A stretch of DNA of 64,000 bases from an uncultured Pseudoalteromonadaceae bacterium (GCA_964625615.1 CAZVDU010000005.1:2103-66102); one strand, 5' to 3'; shown: positions 29,408 to 42,500, counted from the stretch's first letter. The notes: a model not told the origin generated them from the sequence alone. A program made the numbers and translations.

Positions 29408-30985
29408 CTACTCCCATTCAATCGTTGCTGGCGGCTTACCCGAAACATCGTAAACAACACGAGAGATACCATCAATTTCATTGATAATACGATTCGAAAC
29501 CTTACCTAAGAAATCATAAGGCAAGTGCGCCCAATGTGCCGTCATAAAGTCTATAGTTTCAACAGCGCGCAAAGAAACAACCCAGTCGTATTTACGTGCA
29601 TCCCCCATAACACCTACTGAGCGTACTGGCAGGAATACGGTAAAAGCCTGGCTTACTTTATGATAAAGATCAGCTCTATGTAGCTCTTCGATAAAGATAG
29701 CATCAGCTAAACGTAAGAGATCGCAATACTCTTTTTTCACCTCACCTAAGACTCTAACCCCCAAACCAGGTCCTGGGAAAGGATGACGGTATAGCATGTC
29801 GTAAGGCAGTCCAAGCTCCAATCCTATTTTACGAACTTCATCTTTAAACAACTCTCGTAATGGTTCAACTAGGCCCATATTCATATCGTCTGGCAAACCA
29901 CCAACATTATGGTGAGATTTAATGACGTGTGCTTTACCTGTAGCAGAACCAGCCGACTCGATAACATCTGGATAAATCGTGCCTTGGGCTAACCATTTCG
30001 CATTCGTTAATTTTTTAGACTCATCGTCAAAGACTTCAACAAATACGCGACCAATAGCCTTGCGTTTCAACTCTGGATCTTCAATACCTGCCAAAGCATC
30101 TAAAAACCTGTCCTCAGCATCAACTTTAATGAGGTTCAGACCAAAGCCTTCGGCAAACATCTCCATGACTTGTTGCCCTTCATTCAACCGCAATAATCCA
30201 TTGTCAACAAAGACACAGGTTAAATTCTTACCTATCGCTCTGTGCAACAACATGGCTGTTACAGATGAATCGACACCGCCCGACAGACCAAGAATAACTT
30301 CTTCATCACCTACCTGTTGTTTAATGGTTTCAATCGCATCTTCAATAATCGAAGCTGGTGTCCACAACTTTTCACAACCACAGATGTCCAATGCAAAGTG
30401 TGACAAAATCCTTTCACCTTGTTTGGTATGTGTAACCTCCGGATGAAATTGAATACCGTAAAAGTGTTTTTCAACATTTGCCATCGCTGCAAAAGGGCAG
30501 CTAGGCGTTTGTGCGACAGTAATGAAATCGCTTGGAATAGCAGATACCTTATCACCATGGCTCATCCAAACATCGAGTAAACCATGGCCGTGGTCATCAA
30601 CATGGTCTTTAATCGACGATAGCAAAGGAACATCTTGGATAACCTCTACTTGTGCATAGCCAAATTCACGCAAATCAGAGCCTTCCACTGCCCCGCCCAA
30701 CTGTTCCGCCATAGTTTGCATGCCATAACAAATACCAAGCACTGGCACACCTGCTTGATAAACATATTCCGGTGCTCTTGGTGAATCATTCTCGGTGACT
30801 GATTCTGGACCACCTGACAAAATAATCCCTTGAGGGTTAAATGCTTTGATTTGTTCCTCTGTAACATCCCATGCCCAAAGTTCACAATAAACGCCTATTT
30901 CACGCACACGACGCGCGATTAATTGCGTATACTGAGAACCAAAATCTAAGATGAGAATGCGTTGATCGTGGATATTTTTGCTCAT
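29408..30985 (-). CDS. guaA: GMP synthase (glutamine-hydrolysing)
   Basis: [37 protein letters not shown]. Confidence 0.99.
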   Translation of the reverse strand: MSKNIHDQRILILDFGSQYTQLIARRVREIGVYCELWAWDVTEEQIKAFNPQGIILSGGPESVTENDSPRAPEYVYQAGVPVLGICYGMQTMAEQLGGAVEGSDLREFGYAQVEVIQDVPLLSSIKDHVDDHGHGLLDVWMSHGDKVSAIPSDFITVAQTPSCPFAAMANVEKHFYGIQFHPEVTHTKQGERILSHFALDICGCEKLWTPASIIEDAIETIKQQVGDEEVILGLSGGVDSSVTAMLLHRAIGKNLTCVFVDNGLLRLNEGQQVMEMFAEGFGLNLIKVDAEDRFLDALAGIEDPELKRKAIGRVFVEVFDDESKKLTNAKWLAQGTIYPDVIESAGSATGKAHVIKSHHNVGGLPDDMNMGLVEPLRELFKDEVRKIGLELGLPYDMLYRHPFPGPGLGVRVLGEVKKEYCDLLRLADAIFIEELHRADLYHKVSQAFTVFLPVRSVGVMGDARKYDWVVSLRAVETIDFMTAHWAHLPYDFLGKVSNRIINEIDGISRVVYDVSGKPPATIEWE

Positions 30986-31013
30986 GGACAATTATACTCG
31001 TTAAGAATGAGAG

Positions 31014-31039
31014 CTACCCAGTGAATTATCACTGGGTAG
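31014..31039. other. Hairpin between guaB and guaA
   Basis: CTACCCAGTGA-N4-TCACTGGGTAG inverted repeat without a clear U tract. Confidence 0.6.
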
Positions 31040-31060
31040 TGTTTATAGGTAGACTGTTTT

Positions 31061-32530
31061 TTAACTTACGCGGTAGTTAGGCGCTTCTTTGGTGATAGAC
31101 ACATCATGAACATGAGATTCCCCCATACCGGCAGATGTCACCTTAACGAACTGAGGCTTAGTGCGTAGTTCATCTATCGTTGCACAACCGGTTAATCCCA
31201 TAGCAGAGCGTATACCACCAATTTGTTGATGGATAATGTTAGCAATTGGTCCTTTATAAGCAACGCGTCCTTCAATGCCTTCAGGTACCAGTTTTTCTGC
31301 ATTTTTACTATCTTGGAAATAGCGATCAGAAGACCCATGACTTTGATTCATCGCACCTAAAGAGCCCATGCCTCGATATGATTTATAGTAACGGCCTTGG
31401 TAAAGCTCCACTTCGCCCGGTGCTTCTTCTGTACCAGCTAACATGCTGCCAACCATAACCGAACTAGCCCCAGCGACAATCGCTTTTGCAATATCGCCAG
31501 AAAAACGAATTCCACCATCGGCTATGACTGGAATATCTCTGTCGGCCAGTGCTTCAACGGCATCCGATATCGCCGTAATTTGTGGTACACCGCACCCCGT
31601 CACTATACGTGTTGTACAAATTGAGCCAGGGCCAATTCCAACTTTAACTGCATCAACACCTGCATCAGCTAACGCAATAGCCCCTTCACCAGTGGCTACA
31701 TTACCAGCAACAATTTGCAAATCTGGATAGGCTCCGCGTACTTTTTTAACACTATCAATGACACCTTGAGAATGGCCATGTGATGTGTCGATAAGTAATA
31801 CATCAACACCAGCCTCAACCAAGAGTTGAATACGCTCATCCGTTCCAGCACCAACACCAACGGCTGCACCTACACGCAGGCGGCCAAACTCGTCTTTGCA
31901 GGCGTTCGGCTTACTTTCTGCTTTTTGGAAATCTTTAACCGTAATCAATCCATTTAACTTGAACTCGTCATCAACGACGAGAATCTTCTCAATGCGATGC
32001 TCGTGCATCAGTTCAAGTACCAACTCAGACTTGGCACCTTCCTTCACTGTGACCAATCGTTCTTTCGGTGTCATCACATTTGAAATAGGCATATCTAGGT
32101 TTTTTTCAAACCGAAGATCACGCCCAGTCACTATTCCGATCAGGCTATTGTTTTCGTCAACCACTGGAAACCCGGAATAGCCATGCTGATTACTCAGCAG
32201 ATTAACTTCTCCAATACTAATGTCTGCCGTTACTGTCATTGGGTCAGATACAACACCACTCTCGTACTTTTTAACCTGACGGACTTTATGTGCCTGCTGT
32301 TCAGCCGACATATTCTTGTGGATAAACCCCATTCCACCTTCCTGAGCCAATGCAATGGCAAGTCGCGATTCTGTAACAGTATCCATAGCAGCGGACACGA
32401 AAGGGGTATTAAGCATCACTTTGCGCGTTAAGCGCGTTTTAAGATCGGCTGTATGAGGTAAAACGGTCGAGTGACCTGGCACTAACAATACGTCATCAAA
32501 TGTGAGTGCTTCTTTGGCGAGTCTTAACAT
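31061..32530 (-). CDS. guaB: IMP dehydrogenase
   Basis: [23 protein letters not shown] domains. Confidence 0.99.
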   Translation of the reverse strand: MLRLAKEALTFDDVLLVPGHSTVLPHTADLKTRLTRKVMLNTPFVSAAMDTVTESRLAIALAQEGGMGFIHKNMSAEQQAHKVRQVKKYESGVVSDPMTVTADISIGEVNLLSNQHGYSGFPVVDENNSLIGIVTGRDLRFEKNLDMPISNVMTPKERLVTVKEGAKSELVLELMHEHRIEKILVVDDEFKLNGLITVKDFQKAESKPNACKDEFGRLRVGAAVGVGAGTDERIQLLVEAGVDVLLIDTSHGHSQGVIDSVKKVRGAYPDLQIVAGNVATGEGAIALADAGVDAVKVGIGPGSICTTRIVTGCGVPQITAISDAVEALADRDIPVIADGGIRFSGDIAKAIVAGASSVMVGSMLAGTEEAPGEVELYQGRYYKSYRGMGSLGAMNQSHGSSDRYFQDSKNAEKLVPEGIEGRVAYKGPIANIIHQQIGGIRSAMGLTGCATIDELRTKPQFVKVTSAGMGESHVHDVSITKEAPNYRVS

Positions 32531-32746
32531 GGCAACCATACCTTAATTGATAATTGAGTTGCTGCGGGATTGTAGTCGTTTTGCTGGGTTAGGTAAACTG
32601 ATATTAGACAAAGTAAGCATTTTATTTAGCATGACTCATGCCAATAAAGAATTAATTATTCTTTTTACTCAATTCGCTCTAGGGCATGTTGCTCTTGTGC
32701 CCACCAAACATTACCCTATGACAATCGTGCCATTCAAAAAATCATC

Positions 32747-34078
32747 ATGTTTAGTGCTTCAAAAAACCAACACATCATATCCATAACACAGCTCAACCGC
32801 CTGTCTAGATCAATACTAGAGTCCGAGATTGGCCAAGTCTGGGTGTCAGCAGAAATATCTAACTTGGTTATGGCAAGCTCAGGTCATTGGTACTTCACGC
32901 TGAAAGATCAAAAAGCACAGGTAAGAGCGGCGATGTTCAAAGGCGCTAACCGCTCAGTTGGCAAAAAACCGAAAGAGGGTGACAAGGTCTTAGTCAGGGG
33001 TAAGATTGGTATCTATGAAGCGCGAGGTGACTACCAACTTATTGTTGAGCACTTGGAACCTGAGGGAGAAGGCCGTCTCAAACAAGAGTTTGAGAAGCTC
33101 AAACAGAAGCTCAACTCAGATGGCTTATTTACCCAAGAAACTAAACAAACATTACCTAATAGTATTACTAGAGTGGGCATTGTTACTTCGCCAACAGGTG
33201 CAGCCGTACAAGATATACTGACCGTCTTGAAACGCAGAAACCCTGCCATTAAGGTTGTTATATACCCTGTCATGGTCCAAGGGCAACAAGCCGCTGAACA
33301 AATTTCAGAGGCTATTCAACAGGCGAATGAGCGTAAAGACACAGATGTATTAATAGTCGGTCGTGGCGGAGGCTCTCTCGAAGATTTATGGTGTTTTAAT
33401 GATGAGCGTTTAGCACATGTTATTTTTAACTCCGAATTACCTGTTATTAGCGCGGTAGGCCATGAGATAGACTTTAGCATTGCTGATTTAGTTGCTGATT
33501 TAAGAGCCCCAACGCCATCAGCCGCGGCAGAGCTTGTCAGCACCGACCAAAATCAGTTGAAGCATAAGATTAACCAACGAAGAGATCAGTTATTTCGTTC
33601 CCTAACACAGTTTATACAACGCAAAACACTGCAGCTTGAGAGTAAACGAAATCAGCTCGACCAATTTCACCCAAGTCAACAGCTATCCCAACAACAGCAG
33701 CACCTTGATCATCTAACGCTTAAACTGAAGCATGCAATGATTCAACGACTACAAAGAGACAAAGTACAACTGTCAAATCTTAAAATAGCAGTAGAACGAA
33801 ACACACCGAGCCAGAGAATGAAAGAACTAAATCATAAATTACAGAGGGCTCAATCGACGCTTATTAATCAGATAAAGGCGATATTAATATCATCCAATAA
33901 TAAGTTAGCCACAAATGCACAAATCCTTAACACCGTAAGCCCTTTGGCAACACTATCTCGAGGCTATAGTATAAGTTTTAAGGAAGGGACTATTGTTAAG
34001 AGCACAGCCGAGTTGAATGAAGGGGATATCTTAGAAACTCGTTTCGCAGATGGCTGTATTAAGAGCCGACTTATGTAA
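32747..34078 (+). CDS. xseA: Exodeoxyribonuclease VII large subunit
   Basis: SGHWYFTLKD, GRGGGSLEDLW, APTPSAAAE; divergent from guaB. Confidence 0.98.
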   Translation: MFSASKNQHIISITQLNRLSRSILESEIGQVWVSAEISNLVMASSGHWYFTLKDQKAQVRAAMFKGANRSVGKKPKEGDKVLVRGKIGIYEARGDYQLIVEHLEPEGEGRLKQEFEKLKQKLNSDGLFTQETKQTLPNSITRVGIVTSPTGAAVQDILTVLKRRNPAIKVVIYPVMVQGQQAAEQISEAIQQANERKDTDVLIVGRGGGSLEDLWCFNDERLAHVIFNSELPVISAVGHEIDFSIADLVADLRAPTPSAAAELVSTDQNQLKHKINQRRDQLFRSLTQFIQRKTLQLESKRNQLDQFHPSQQLSQQQQHLDHLTLKLKHAMIQRLQRDKVQLSNLKIAVERNTPSQRMKELNHKLQRAQSTLINQIKAILISSNNKLATNAQILNTVSPLATLSRGYSISFKEGTIVKSTAELNEGDILETRFADGCIKSRLM

Positions 34079-34253
34079 ACAGTTTCATACGCTCATTTAA
34101 TAAAAAAACTGAGTAATTTCAAGCTTTTCGATAGAAACCAAGCAACTTTTAAAAAAAAAGGCTGCGAAAGTTGATAAAAAACCATAGAATAATGAATGTC
34201 GCTACAGGAACAATGTGGCGTCCTCTAAAATCTACCAATTTCATGAATACCTT

Positions 34254-34280
34254 TGACGCAGCTTGCTGCGTCATTTTTTT
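34254..34280 (+). terminator. Intrinsic terminator
   Basis: TGACGCAGC-tt-GCTGCGTCA-TTTTTTT. Confidence 0.85.
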
Positions 34281-34345
34281 ATCTTGACAGTAAATCCTCA
34301 AAGACTGTTTTGATGTAATACCAATTGCATAAGAACAGATTCAGC

Positions 34346-35791
34346 TTACTTTCGCTTGTTGTGGCGGTCCATCAAACGACGTCGTTTTCTCTGTTGTGCC
34401 AAACTAAGCTCACTCTTATTCGCCTCAAATGGATTGGCACCTTCTCTGAATTCAATTTTTATTGGTGTCCCCATACTCTGTAAAGACTTACGATAGTAGT
34501 TCATCATATAGCGCTTGTAGGAGTCAGGCAGATCCTTCACTTGATTACCATGAATAACAATCACTGGAGGATTGTAGCCGCCAGCATGCGCATACTTCAT
34601 CTTAACGCGTCTACCACGCACCATTGGAGGCTGGTGATCTTGCTGAGCCAATTCCATAATACGTGTTAGCATGGACGTATTAATACGTTTAGTTGCTGAA
34701 GCATAAGCTTCTTGAACGGACTCAAACAAATGCCCAACACCTGTACCATGTAACGCAGAGATAAAGTGTAGACGAGCAAAGTCAATAAACCCTAATCGCC
34801 GATCAAGCTCACGTTTAATTTCATCTTTAATGAAACTATCAAGTCCATCCCATTTATTAACAGCTAACACAAGCGAGCGACCAGAATTTAAGACAAACCC
34901 CAGCAAACTAAGATCTTGATCAGTGATACCTTGAGTAGCATCGATGACGAGTAATACGACATTCGCTTCCTCAATGGCTTGTAACGTTTTTACAATAGAA
35001 AACTTTTCTACAGCTTCTGACACTTTACGCTTTTTACGGACACCTGCTGTATCAATTAGAATATATTCGCGCTCATCGCGCTCCATCGGAATATATACAC
35101 TATCTCGCGTAGTGCCGGGCATATCAAATACAACAACGCGTTCTTCACCGAGTATCCTGTTAGTAAGCGTTGATTTACCCACATTGGGTTTACCAACAAT
35201 AGCGAGTTTAATCGGTGAGTTAACTAACTGTTCAAGCTGTTCTTCTGCATCTAACTCTTCTGACTCAACAACAGCTTGCACTTCCATATCAGGAAAATCA
35301 GATTCAAGCGGCGCTAACGCATTGTTCAATAAGTTACTGATGCCTCTACCGTGAGCAGCTGCAATTTGTTGTATGTTCCCCAGCCCTAGCTGGAAAAACT
35401 CTGCTGTTTCACTATCACCATCAATACCATCAACTTTGTTAGCGACTAAGAATAGCGTTTTCTCTTGCTTTCTTAAGTAATCAGCAATGGCTTGATCCGC
35501 AGCTGTTACACCATCACGGGCATCAACTAAGAAAAAGATAACATCAGCCTCATCGACCGCTAGTAAGGATTGCTCAGCCATGAGAACATCAATGCCTTCC
35601 TCATCGCCACTAATACCGCCAGTATCCACCACGATGAACTGACGATCCTCAAACTTTGCTTGCCCGTACTTTCTATCTCTCGTTAGACCAGGGAAATCAG
35701 CAACCAACGCATCTCTTGTGCGTGTCAAACGGTTAAATAATGTCGATTTTCCAACGTTTGGGCGCCCAACAAGAGCGACAACAGGTAACAT
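34346..35791 (-). CDS. der: Ribosome biogenesis GTPase Der (EngA)
   Basis: Two G domains, GRPNVGKS and GKPNVGKS. Confidence 0.99.
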   Translation of the reverse strand: MLPVVALVGRPNVGKSTLFNRLTRTRDALVADFPGLTRDRKYGQAKFEDRQFIVVDTGGISGDEEGIDVLMAEQSLLAVDEADVIFFLVDARDGVTAADQAIADYLRKQEKTLFLVANKVDGIDGDSETAEFFQLGLGNIQQIAAAHGRGISNLLNNALAPLESDFPDMEVQAVVESEELDAEEQLEQLVNSPIKLAIVGKPNVGKSTLTNRILGEERVVVFDMPGTTRDSVYIPMERDEREYILIDTAGVRKKRKVSEAVEKFSIVKTLQAIEEANVVLLVIDATQGITDQDLSLLGFVLNSGRSLVLAVNKWDGLDSFIKDEIKRELDRRLGFIDFARLHFISALHGTGVGHLFESVQEAYASATKRINTSMLTRIMELAQQDHQPPMVRGRRVKMKYAHAGGYNPPVIVIHGNQVKDLPDSYKRYMMNYYRKSLQSMGTPIKIEFREGANPFEANKSELSLAQQRKRRRLMDRHNKRK

Positions 35792-35820
35792 ATTTTTTTC
35801 CTTCGTTGTACTTAAAACGT

Positions 35821-35854
35821 AAAAGCGGCCACGGGTTACCCCATAGCCGCTTTT
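35821..35854 (-). terminator. Terminator-like hairpin between bamB and der
   Basis: AAAAGCGGC...GCCGCTTTT. Confidence 0.65.
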
Positions 35855-35870
35855 AGAAAACTAACAAATA

Positions 35871-37130
35871 CTATGGCGTTAACAGAGCAACGACTTTTCC
35901 GTCACGCGTCTGAGTATAGACCGTATTTCCGTCGACTGTTGGTGTGACATAAATAGATTCATCTTCATCATTACCACCCACTTTAACACGCGCAACCATT
36001 TCACCATCAGATTGATTCAACCAGTGCATGATACCGTATCGGTCGCCGAGAACAAGGTAATCGGATACAGGCTGAGCAGCCGTCACCTCACGGTTATTTA
36101 AGCCGCTCTGACTCCAAAGCTCGATACCATTTCGTCGATCTAGAGCAAAGACATTACTATTAGCATCTACCAAGAACAAACTATTACCTTCAATACTAAT
36201 TCGGCGAGAAGATTTATATTCGCGACTCCAAACAATACGCCCAGATCGCAACTCAACCGCCGCCAATGTTCCGTCGTAGGAAATCACATAACCAATTCCC
36301 CCCAGAACAAGAGGTTTACCGTCAATATCTATAATACGCTCTAACTCTGTAGCGCCTGTAGGTTTACCGATAGGTTGCTCCCACGCTATTTGCCCAGAAT
36401 CGGCTATAACAACTGCTAATCGCCCTGAAGCGGTACCCGTAATAATACCACCGGATGCAGCAACTGGTGCAGAAACACCTCTGAGAGATAATGGTGGAAC
36501 TTCAGATTCATACGTCCAACGTTGTTCACCTGTTTCAGCATCTAACGCAAACAGCGTACCTGCTCCTGTATTAAAAGCGACAATACCCTCATCTATAGCA
36601 GGCTCTGCTAGTACTTCACCTTTAACCGTCTTATGCCATATGGTTTCACCAGTCTTCGCATCTAGTGCGTAAACATCACCATTTTCGGTACCGAAGAAAA
36701 CTTTCTCATAGGCAACACCTAATCCACCACCGATCTTAGCCGATATTCTTTTTTGCCAAAGCCGACTAATAAAGAAGAAAAAGCCTTTCTTTTCATATTC
36801 AGAAAAATTACGTTGCCAGACACGTTTTCCGTCTTCAGGATTGAACGCTACAACTTTACCATGACGATCTGCTACATATAGCGTCTCATAGGCATACGCT
36901 GGCTTTAACTTAGAATAATAGTCCTTTATACCTTTACCAATATCTTTTGACCAAAGCTTCTCAGGTTGAAACTCTTCTGCTATTGGTTCAAGGCGCTTAC
37001 GTTCTAACTTTTCTTTGTTAACAAACCAAGTACCGGGATTTGTCCAAGTCGGTAAGCTAGAACAGCCACTTAAGCCTAATGATGCAATGAACAATAACAA
37101 TATTAGCCGAGTGCTCAAATTACTCTCCAT
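35871..37130 (-). CDS. bamB: Outer membrane protein assembly factor
   Basis: Lipobox LSGC, PQQ-type repeats, LSLRG; synteny. Confidence 0.95.
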   Translation of the reverse strand: MESNLSTRLILLLFIASLGLSGCSSLPTWTNPGTWFVNKEKLERKRLEPIAEEFQPEKLWSKDIGKGIKDYYSKLKPAYAYETLYVADRHGKVVAFNPEDGKRVWQRNFSEYEKKGFFFFISRLWQKRISAKIGGGLGVAYEKVFFGTENGDVYALDAKTGETIWHKTVKGEVLAEPAIDEGIVAFNTGAGTLFALDAETGEQRWTYESEVPPLSLRGVSAPVAASGGIITGTASGRLAVVIADSGQIAWEQPIGKPTGATELERIIDIDGKPLVLGGIGYVISYDGTLAAVELRSGRIVWSREYKSSRRISIEGNSLFLVDANSNVFALDRRNGIELWSQSGLNNREVTAAQPVSDYLVLGDRYGIMHWLNQSDGEMVARVKVGGNDEDESIYVTPTVDGNTVYTQTRDGKVVALLTP

Positions 37131-37749
37131 CCACGCGTTCTGCAGCTAAATTATCGAGCTTCATCTGAACAAGCGTATTATTCTCTTTGTCTTCTATTGA
37201 TGCACTGTAAGCTGCCCTAGCTTTATCAAAGTTACCTTGAGCTTGGTATACATCACCTTTGATTTCATTTACCTGTGCACTAAACGCAACCTGTTCAACA
37301 CTAGCTAATGTAGACAAAGCTTGATCGTAGTTTTCTTCCTGTTTGTATATTCTTGAAAGTCTGATATTCGCGACACTTTTGATAACATCATCTTTACTAT
37401 TCTCAGCCGCCCATTTCAGTTGCTTAGTTGCTTCAGCAAAATCTTCTCTGACTACAGCCTCTTTAGCCACTTGTAAAGCGGCTAGCACAGCATAACCACT
37501 GCTACCACTTTCATTGACAAAATCCACAGCTGAATTAATACTGGCACTATCTTGTGCCAATTCCTCAACTACAGTTTCATAAGCAACAGAAGCTTGCTCT
37601 TTAGCTGCCAATTGTTCCGCGGAGTAATAACGCCATCCCGATAATCCACCAAGCCCTATAACAGCGCCTAAAATGATAGCTATGCCATTTTCTTTCCAAA
37701 ACTTCTTGATCGCTTCGACCTGCTGCTCTTCAGTCTCTAAATCTTGCAT
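37120..37749 (-). CDS. yfgM: Ancillary SecYEG translocon subunit (TPR_21)
   Basis: ETEEQQVEAIKKFWKENG, TM helix, TPR; synteny. Confidence 0.92.
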   Translation of the reverse strand: MQDLETEEQQVEAIKKFWKENGIAIILGAVIGLGGLSGWRYYSAEQLAAKEQASVAYETVVEELAQDSASINSAVDFVNESGSSGYAVLAALQVAKEAVVREDFAEATKQLKWAAENSKDDVIKSVANIRLSRIYKQEENYDQALSTLASVEQVAFSAQVNEIKGDVYQAQGNFDKARAAYSASIEDKENNTLVQMKLDNLAAERVDGE

Positions 37750-37817
37750 TTTTTCCTCTTACTTCTTATTCATAATCGCGCTTGTGGTTCCACCATCAAG
37801 CACAAAAAGTTTCATGA

Positions 37818-39086
37818 TTAGTTCAATAAAACAGTCACTAATTGCTCAAGGCTCATAGACTGCTGTTCTTTTTGCTCTCGCATATATTTCACAGTAACTT
37901 GTTCAGCTTCAGCTTCTTTATCGCCAATAATTAACGTAATCGCAGCGCCACTAGCGTCAGCTCTCTTCATTTGCTTCTTAAAATTTCCGCCACCACAATG
38001 GCTCAATATTTTAAGGTTTGGTAATTCGTTTCTCAATGTTTCTGCCACTCTTACAGAAAAAGCTTCTGCGACATTCCCTAGAGCACTAACATATATATCA
38101 GGCTTTGAAGATACATTTGTCATTAAATTAAGTTCTTGCAACATAAGAACTAAACGTTCAAGGCCCAGTGCAAACCCCACAGCGGGTGTTGTTTTGCCAC
38201 CAAGTTGCTGGACTAAACCATCATATCGACCACCTGCACAGACAGTACCTTGCGCTCCCAGAGAGTCAGTGACCCACTCAAATACGGTACGATTGTAATA
38301 GTCTAAGCCACGCACTAAAGCAGGGTTAACTCGATATTGGATGCCGCAAGCGTCCAAACGTTCCCTTAGTTGAACAAAATGTGCTTCAGAATCGGCATCT
38401 AAACAATCAATCAATTTAGGAGCGTCAGCCACAATAACCTGTACATCAGGGTTTTTACTGTCTAAAACTCTAAGTGGGTTGGTGTCCAGCCGCCTTAAAC
38501 TGTCTTCATCAAGTGCTTCTTTGTGTTCCCTGAGGTATTTGACTAACGTTTCTTTATAAGCCACCCGAGCTTCATTAGAACCTAAGGAGTTAAGCTCAAG
38601 CACAACATGTTCTGACATACCGAGCATTTTCCATAGACGGGCAGTCATCAGAATAAGCTCAATATCAATATCAGGGCCATCTAACCCATATGTTTCAACA
38701 CCGAATTGATGAAACTGACGATAACGCCCCTTTTGTGGGCGCTCGTGCCTGAACATCGGCCCCATATACCAAAGCCGTTGTTGCTGATTGTATAAAAGAC
38801 CATTCTGGATACCTGCTCTCACTGCACTGGCAGTGCCTTCTGGGCGAAGTGTTAGGCTGTCCCCATTACGATCATCGAAAGTGTACATCTCTTTTTCAAC
38901 AATATCAGTCACTTCACCAATGGATCGTTTGAATAAATTAGTGCTTTCAACAATAGGTGTTCTGATTTCTTGATAGCCATAACTAGACACAAGCTGACGA
39001 ATTGTATCCTCAACAAACTGCCACTGCGTTGATTGTTCAGGCAGGCAATCATTCATGCCCCTAATGGCCTGTATATTCTTACTCAC
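37818..39086 (-). CDS. hisS: Histidine--tRNA ligase
   Basis: RGMND, LRPEGTA, RGLDYY, GGRYDGL. Confidence 0.99.
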   Translation of the reverse strand: MSKNIQAIRGMNDCLPEQSTQWQFVEDTIRQLVSSYGYQEIRTPIVESTNLFKRSIGEVTDIVEKEMYTFDDRNGDSLTLRPEGTASAVRAGIQNGLLYNQQQRLWYMGPMFRHERPQKGRYRQFHQFGVETYGLDGPDIDIELILMTARLWKMLGMSEHVVLELNSLGSNEARVAYKETLVKYLREHKEALDEDSLRRLDTNPLRVLDSKNPDVQVIVADAPKLIDCLDADSEAHFVQLRERLDACGIQYRVNPALVRGLDYYNRTVFEWVTDSLGAQGTVCAGGRYDGLVQQLGGKTTPAVGFALGLERLVLMLQELNLMTNVSSKPDIYVSALGNVAEAFSVRVAETLRNELPNLKILSHCGGGNFKKQMKRADASGAAITLIIGDKEAEAEQVTVKYMREQKEQQSMSLEQLVTVLLN

Positions 39087-39135
39087 AGAATGTCCTATCG
39101 TTCTTTATATTCAATGTCTTCTGGTCGTTAATACG

Positions 39136-39161
39136 AAAAAGCCCCGCATTATAGGGGCTTT
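39136..39161 (-). terminator. Hairpin after ispG, overlapping a likely hisS -10 element
   Basis: AAAGCCCC-tataatgc-GGGGCTTTTT on the minus strand; the loop is TATAAT followed by GC-rich sequence. Confidence 0.6.
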
Positions 39162-39240
39162 CTTGAAAAACGTAAAATAATACTATGACTCTATTATGAT
39201 ACGCTTTAATTAACCTCAGCTGAGTCAAAAATAGTCTTCA

Positions 39241-40365
39241 CTAATCGACCTCTACTTGATTAACTGCGATACGGTTACTTTCATCCAGCAAAGTTGCTTT
39301 CGCTCTGATACGCTTTTCAAGCTGATCAACTAATTCATCATTTTTCAAACGCTCTTTTTGACGCTTACCATCCAAGTAAAAGCCACTCATATTGCGCGCG
39401 CCCGTTAAGCCAAGATCAGACACTTCTGCTTCTCCAGGGCCATTAACCACACAGCCGATAATTGACACATCCATAGGCGTCAAAATATCTTCTAACCTTT
39501 CCTCTAACGCATTGACTGTCCCGATAACATCAAACTCTTGCCTCGAACAGCTAGGACAGGCAATTAAATTAATACCTCTAGAACGTATGCGCAGCGATTT
39601 AAGAATATCGAAACCGACTTTGATTTCTTCTTCAGGGTTAGCTGCTAACGAAATACGTACAGTATCGCCAATGCCCTCAGCTAGAAGCATACCTAAACCT
39701 ACAGAACTTTTTACAGCTCCAGCCCTAAAACCACCGGCCTCAGTAATCCCTAAATGTAATGGTTGTTCAATTTGTTTAGCAAGGAGTCGATATGCACCGA
39801 CAGCGAGAAAGACATCAGACGCCTTAACGCTCACTTTAAATTGATCAAAGTTGAGCTTATCTAAAATATCAATATGGCGCATCGCGGATTCGAGGAGCGC
39901 TTCAGGTGTAGGTTCACCATACTTTTCTTGAATATCTCTTTCTAAAGATCCACCGTTAACACCAATACGGATAGGGATATTCTTATCTTTAGCGCAATCA
40001 ACAACCGAGCGAACACGTTCTTCGTTGCCTATATTACCTGGATTAATACGCAAACAATCGACACCATACTCGGCCACCTTAAGTGCGATTCTGTAATCAA
40101 AATGAATATCGGCAATCAGTGGTACATCTACTTGTTGCTTTATACGCTTAAAAGCTTCGGCAGCGTCCATGGTAGGAACGGATACTCTGACAAGTTCCCC
40201 ACCAACAGCCTGAATTCGTTTAATCTGAGCTACCGTTGCTTCTACATCCGTTGTTTCAGTATTGGTCATAGACTGCACAGCAATGGGAGCCCCATCACCT
40301 ATGGGCACATTGCCAACGTAAATACGTGTAGATTGTCGGCGGTTAATAGGAGATTCTGAAAACAT
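39241..40365 (-). CDS. ispG: HMBPP synthase
   Basis: [33 protein letters not shown]. Confidence 0.99.
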   Translation of the reverse strand: MFSESPINRRQSTRIYVGNVPIGDGAPIAVQSMTNTETTDVEATVAQIKRIQAVGGELVRVSVPTMDAAEAFKRIKQQVDVPLIADIHFDYRIALKVAEYGVDCLRINPGNIGNEERVRSVVDCAKDKNIPIRIGVNGGSLERDIQEKYGEPTPEALLESAMRHIDILDKLNFDQFKVSVKASDVFLAVGAYRLLAKQIEQPLHLGITEAGGFRAGAVKSSVGLGMLLAEGIGDTVRISLAANPEEEIKVGFDILKSLRIRSRGINLIACPSCSRQEFDVIGTVNALEERLEDILTPMDVSIIGCVVNGPGEAEVSDLGLTGARNMSGFYLDGKRQKERLKNDELVDQLEKRIRAKATLLDESNRIAVNQVEVD

Positions 40366-40367
40366 AA

Positions 40368-41396
40368 CTACTCCTGTAATGGCAGCTCAAACTTAGCCGT
40401 TTGCCCTGCTGGGAATTGACTCATATCAACAGCGTCACCTGCCATGCTGATTTGAACAGCTTGAGGAGCTCCAAGCGTTACTTCAAAAGGTGGAACGCCG
40501 GGAACAGTCATCACATAGCCCGATCTTTTCACACCTATAGCTATCGTTTCTCCTGTCGAATCAATCACGCTTACCCAACAGTCATCAGCAAACTCAAAAA
40601 TAAGCTCTACCGATACAGCTGCAAAACTATCAAACGCCGTATCTTCCGTTGTGCTTTCAATGCTTTCTGTTAACGGTACATCGTTAACAGGTATTACATC
40701 GCTCAACTCTACGCTGCTATCTGTAGAAGGTTGTCCATTGTCCAAGTTTTCTGCCGTTTCACCTAGAAGCTCTTCGGCATCGTCAACTAGCGATCCAATA
40801 TCATTCGCTGACCCCGTTAGGTCATTATTTTGATCAGCAGCAATGTCATCGACCTCGGTGTCACGTTCGTTACTCGGGACGGGCTGATCATTTTGGACAG
40901 ACTGCGAAGTCCCCAAACTCTCACTTTCTTGTTCAATAGGTGACTGTGAAGATCTATTTAACGATACTTGAGCGACAGGAGCTTCTTCCGTTTGTTGGAA
41001 CCACCACAAAACCGATAGTGCAATCACTATTGCAATGATAAAATAAGTAACCATCATCAAGCGTGCATCACTCGTTTGCTTAGCCATACGCCTCGAAAAA
41101 CTTTGAAGTTTGGCCGGCTCTTTAGCAACAGAGTTCATTCGCTCAAAGGCTTGGAGAACTTCAGTTTCACTTACATCTACAAATTTTGCATAAAGCTTTA
41201 AGTAGCCCTTAGTAAAAGTTGTCGACAAATTACTATCGTCTTCATCATTTTCGATAGCTTCAATGTTATGTGCCCTAAGGTTAATTTTGCTCGCTACCTG
41301 TTCAAGGCTCAACCCTTTAGTTTCTCTCGCGGCTTTAAGTAATTCGCCTGGTGTTGGAAGGCTAGGCTCTTGCACAACAGATTCTTGTTCACTCAT
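40368..41396 (-). CDS. rodZ: Cytoskeleton protein RodZ
   Basis: N-terminal HTH ([21 protein letters not shown]), TM helix, C-terminal F..DCWVSV.D domain; ATG 41396. Confidence 0.93.
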   Translation of the reverse strand: MSEQESVVQEPSLPTPGELLKAARETKGLSLEQVASKINLRAHNIEAIENDEDDSNLSTTFTKGYLKLYAKFVDVSETEVLQAFERMNSVAKEPAKLQSFSRRMAKQTSDARLMMVTYFIIAIVIALSVLWWFQQTEEAPVAQVSLNRSSQSPIEQESESLGTSQSVQNDQPVPSNERDTEVDDIAADQNNDLTGSANDIGSLVDDAEELLGETAENLDNGQPSTDSSVELSDVIPVNDVPLTESIESTTEDTAFDSFAAVSVELIFEFADDCWVSVIDSTGETIAIGVKRSGYVMTVPGVPPFEVTLGAPQAVQISMAGDAVDMSQFPAGQTAKFELPLQE

Positions 41397-41403
41397 TTTG
41401 TAC

Positions 41404-42495
41404 TTATTGTCCTTCAGTAACTTGGGCAAGTGGCGACACGCGTAATTTCTTGCCTGTATAAATGGATGATGCGCTCGCCAAGTTATTCCACTCAATCAAA
41501 CGTTGCATTCTCACATTATATTTGATGGATATGCGATATAAATTCTCGCCTTCTTTAACCGTGTGGTAAGCCGGCTCATCGCTATCTTCTGACGAGGGTT
41601 TTGCCTCAATATCAGCAGGCTTAGGTTCACTTTCTACCACTCTGTTCGCTGGTATTTTGCGTACTATCTTTAATGATGGGTTTTCAACCAGAGTGTTTCG
41701 TTGTTCTTTGGCCTCAAAGTCTAATGCAAGAAAAGCTTTACTCAATTCATGAGAAGGAAACATCTGCAACATAATATTGCCATAACCTTTCGCGCCTTCA
41801 GTATTTTGCAAACCTTGCTCTACTTGAATCCATAACCAAAGGCTTTGCGGCGATACTTGACTCACTCGATCATAACGCTGCAAATAGCCTTTAGCCTGTG
41901 GCCATTGCTCAGTCTTTACCAGCAATTCCGTCATCAATCTCAAACTCTTAGCTCTTCTTGGTTGATGGTTAATGGCACTGCTCAAATAAACAACGGCGTC
42001 GTTGTACTTCTCTTGAGTTTGACTGCAAATAGCCAAGTTTTCATAGGTTTCGGCTACGTTGTTATAAGCCGTATTTTTAACTGCCGACAAAAAATACCGT
42101 TTTGCTTTGTCGTAATCGCCTTGTTGACACAAGAAGGCACCATAGCTGTTCGCTATGTCAGCATTATTTCTGTCTCTACTGATAGCTTCTTTGTAGGAAT
42201 CATCAGCTAAATCAACTTCCCCTACCACTTGATAATAATAAGCTAGACCATAATGAGCTTCAGCTAAATAAGGCGCAAACTGCAAGGCTTTGTCTAGATT
42301 AAACTTCGCTTGGCTGTAGTTACCATTCTTTAGATAATTTAATCCCAGCGAAACACGAGTCTTTGCTGCTTTTTCCTCGTCAAATTCACCCGGACCCACG
42401 CCGTCGACGTTGCTACTACCAGCGCAAGCTGTTAGCCAGATCATAATGATCAGTATAAGTAAGAGTCGCATTTGATTCATGGCATTCATCAGCAT
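41404..42495 (-). CDS. pilW: Type IV pilus pilotin PilW/PilF with LysM domain
   Basis: Lipobox LTAC, AAKTRVSLGLNYL, NSYGAFLC, YENLAIC; LysM HTVKEGENLYRIS; rlmN-pilW-rodZ synteny. Confidence 0.92.
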   Translation of the reverse strand: MLMNAMNQMRLLLILIIMIWLTACAGSSNVDGVGPGEFDEEKAAKTRVSLGLNYLKNGNYSQAKFNLDKALQFAPYLAEAHYGLAYYYQVVGEVDLADDSYKEAISRDRNNADIANSYGAFLCQQGDYDKAKRYFLSAVKNTAYNNVAETYENLAICSQTQEKYNDAVVYLSSAINHQPRRAKSLRLMTELLVKTEQWPQAKGYLQRYDRVSQVSPQSLWLWIQVEQGLQNTEGAKGYGNIMLQMFPSHELSKAFLALDFEAKEQRNTLVENPSLKIVRKIPANRVVESEPKPADIEAKPSSEDSDEPAYHTVKEGENLYRISIKYNVRMQRLIEWNNLASASSIYTGKKLRVSPLAQVTEGQ

Positions 42496-42500
42496 TCGGG

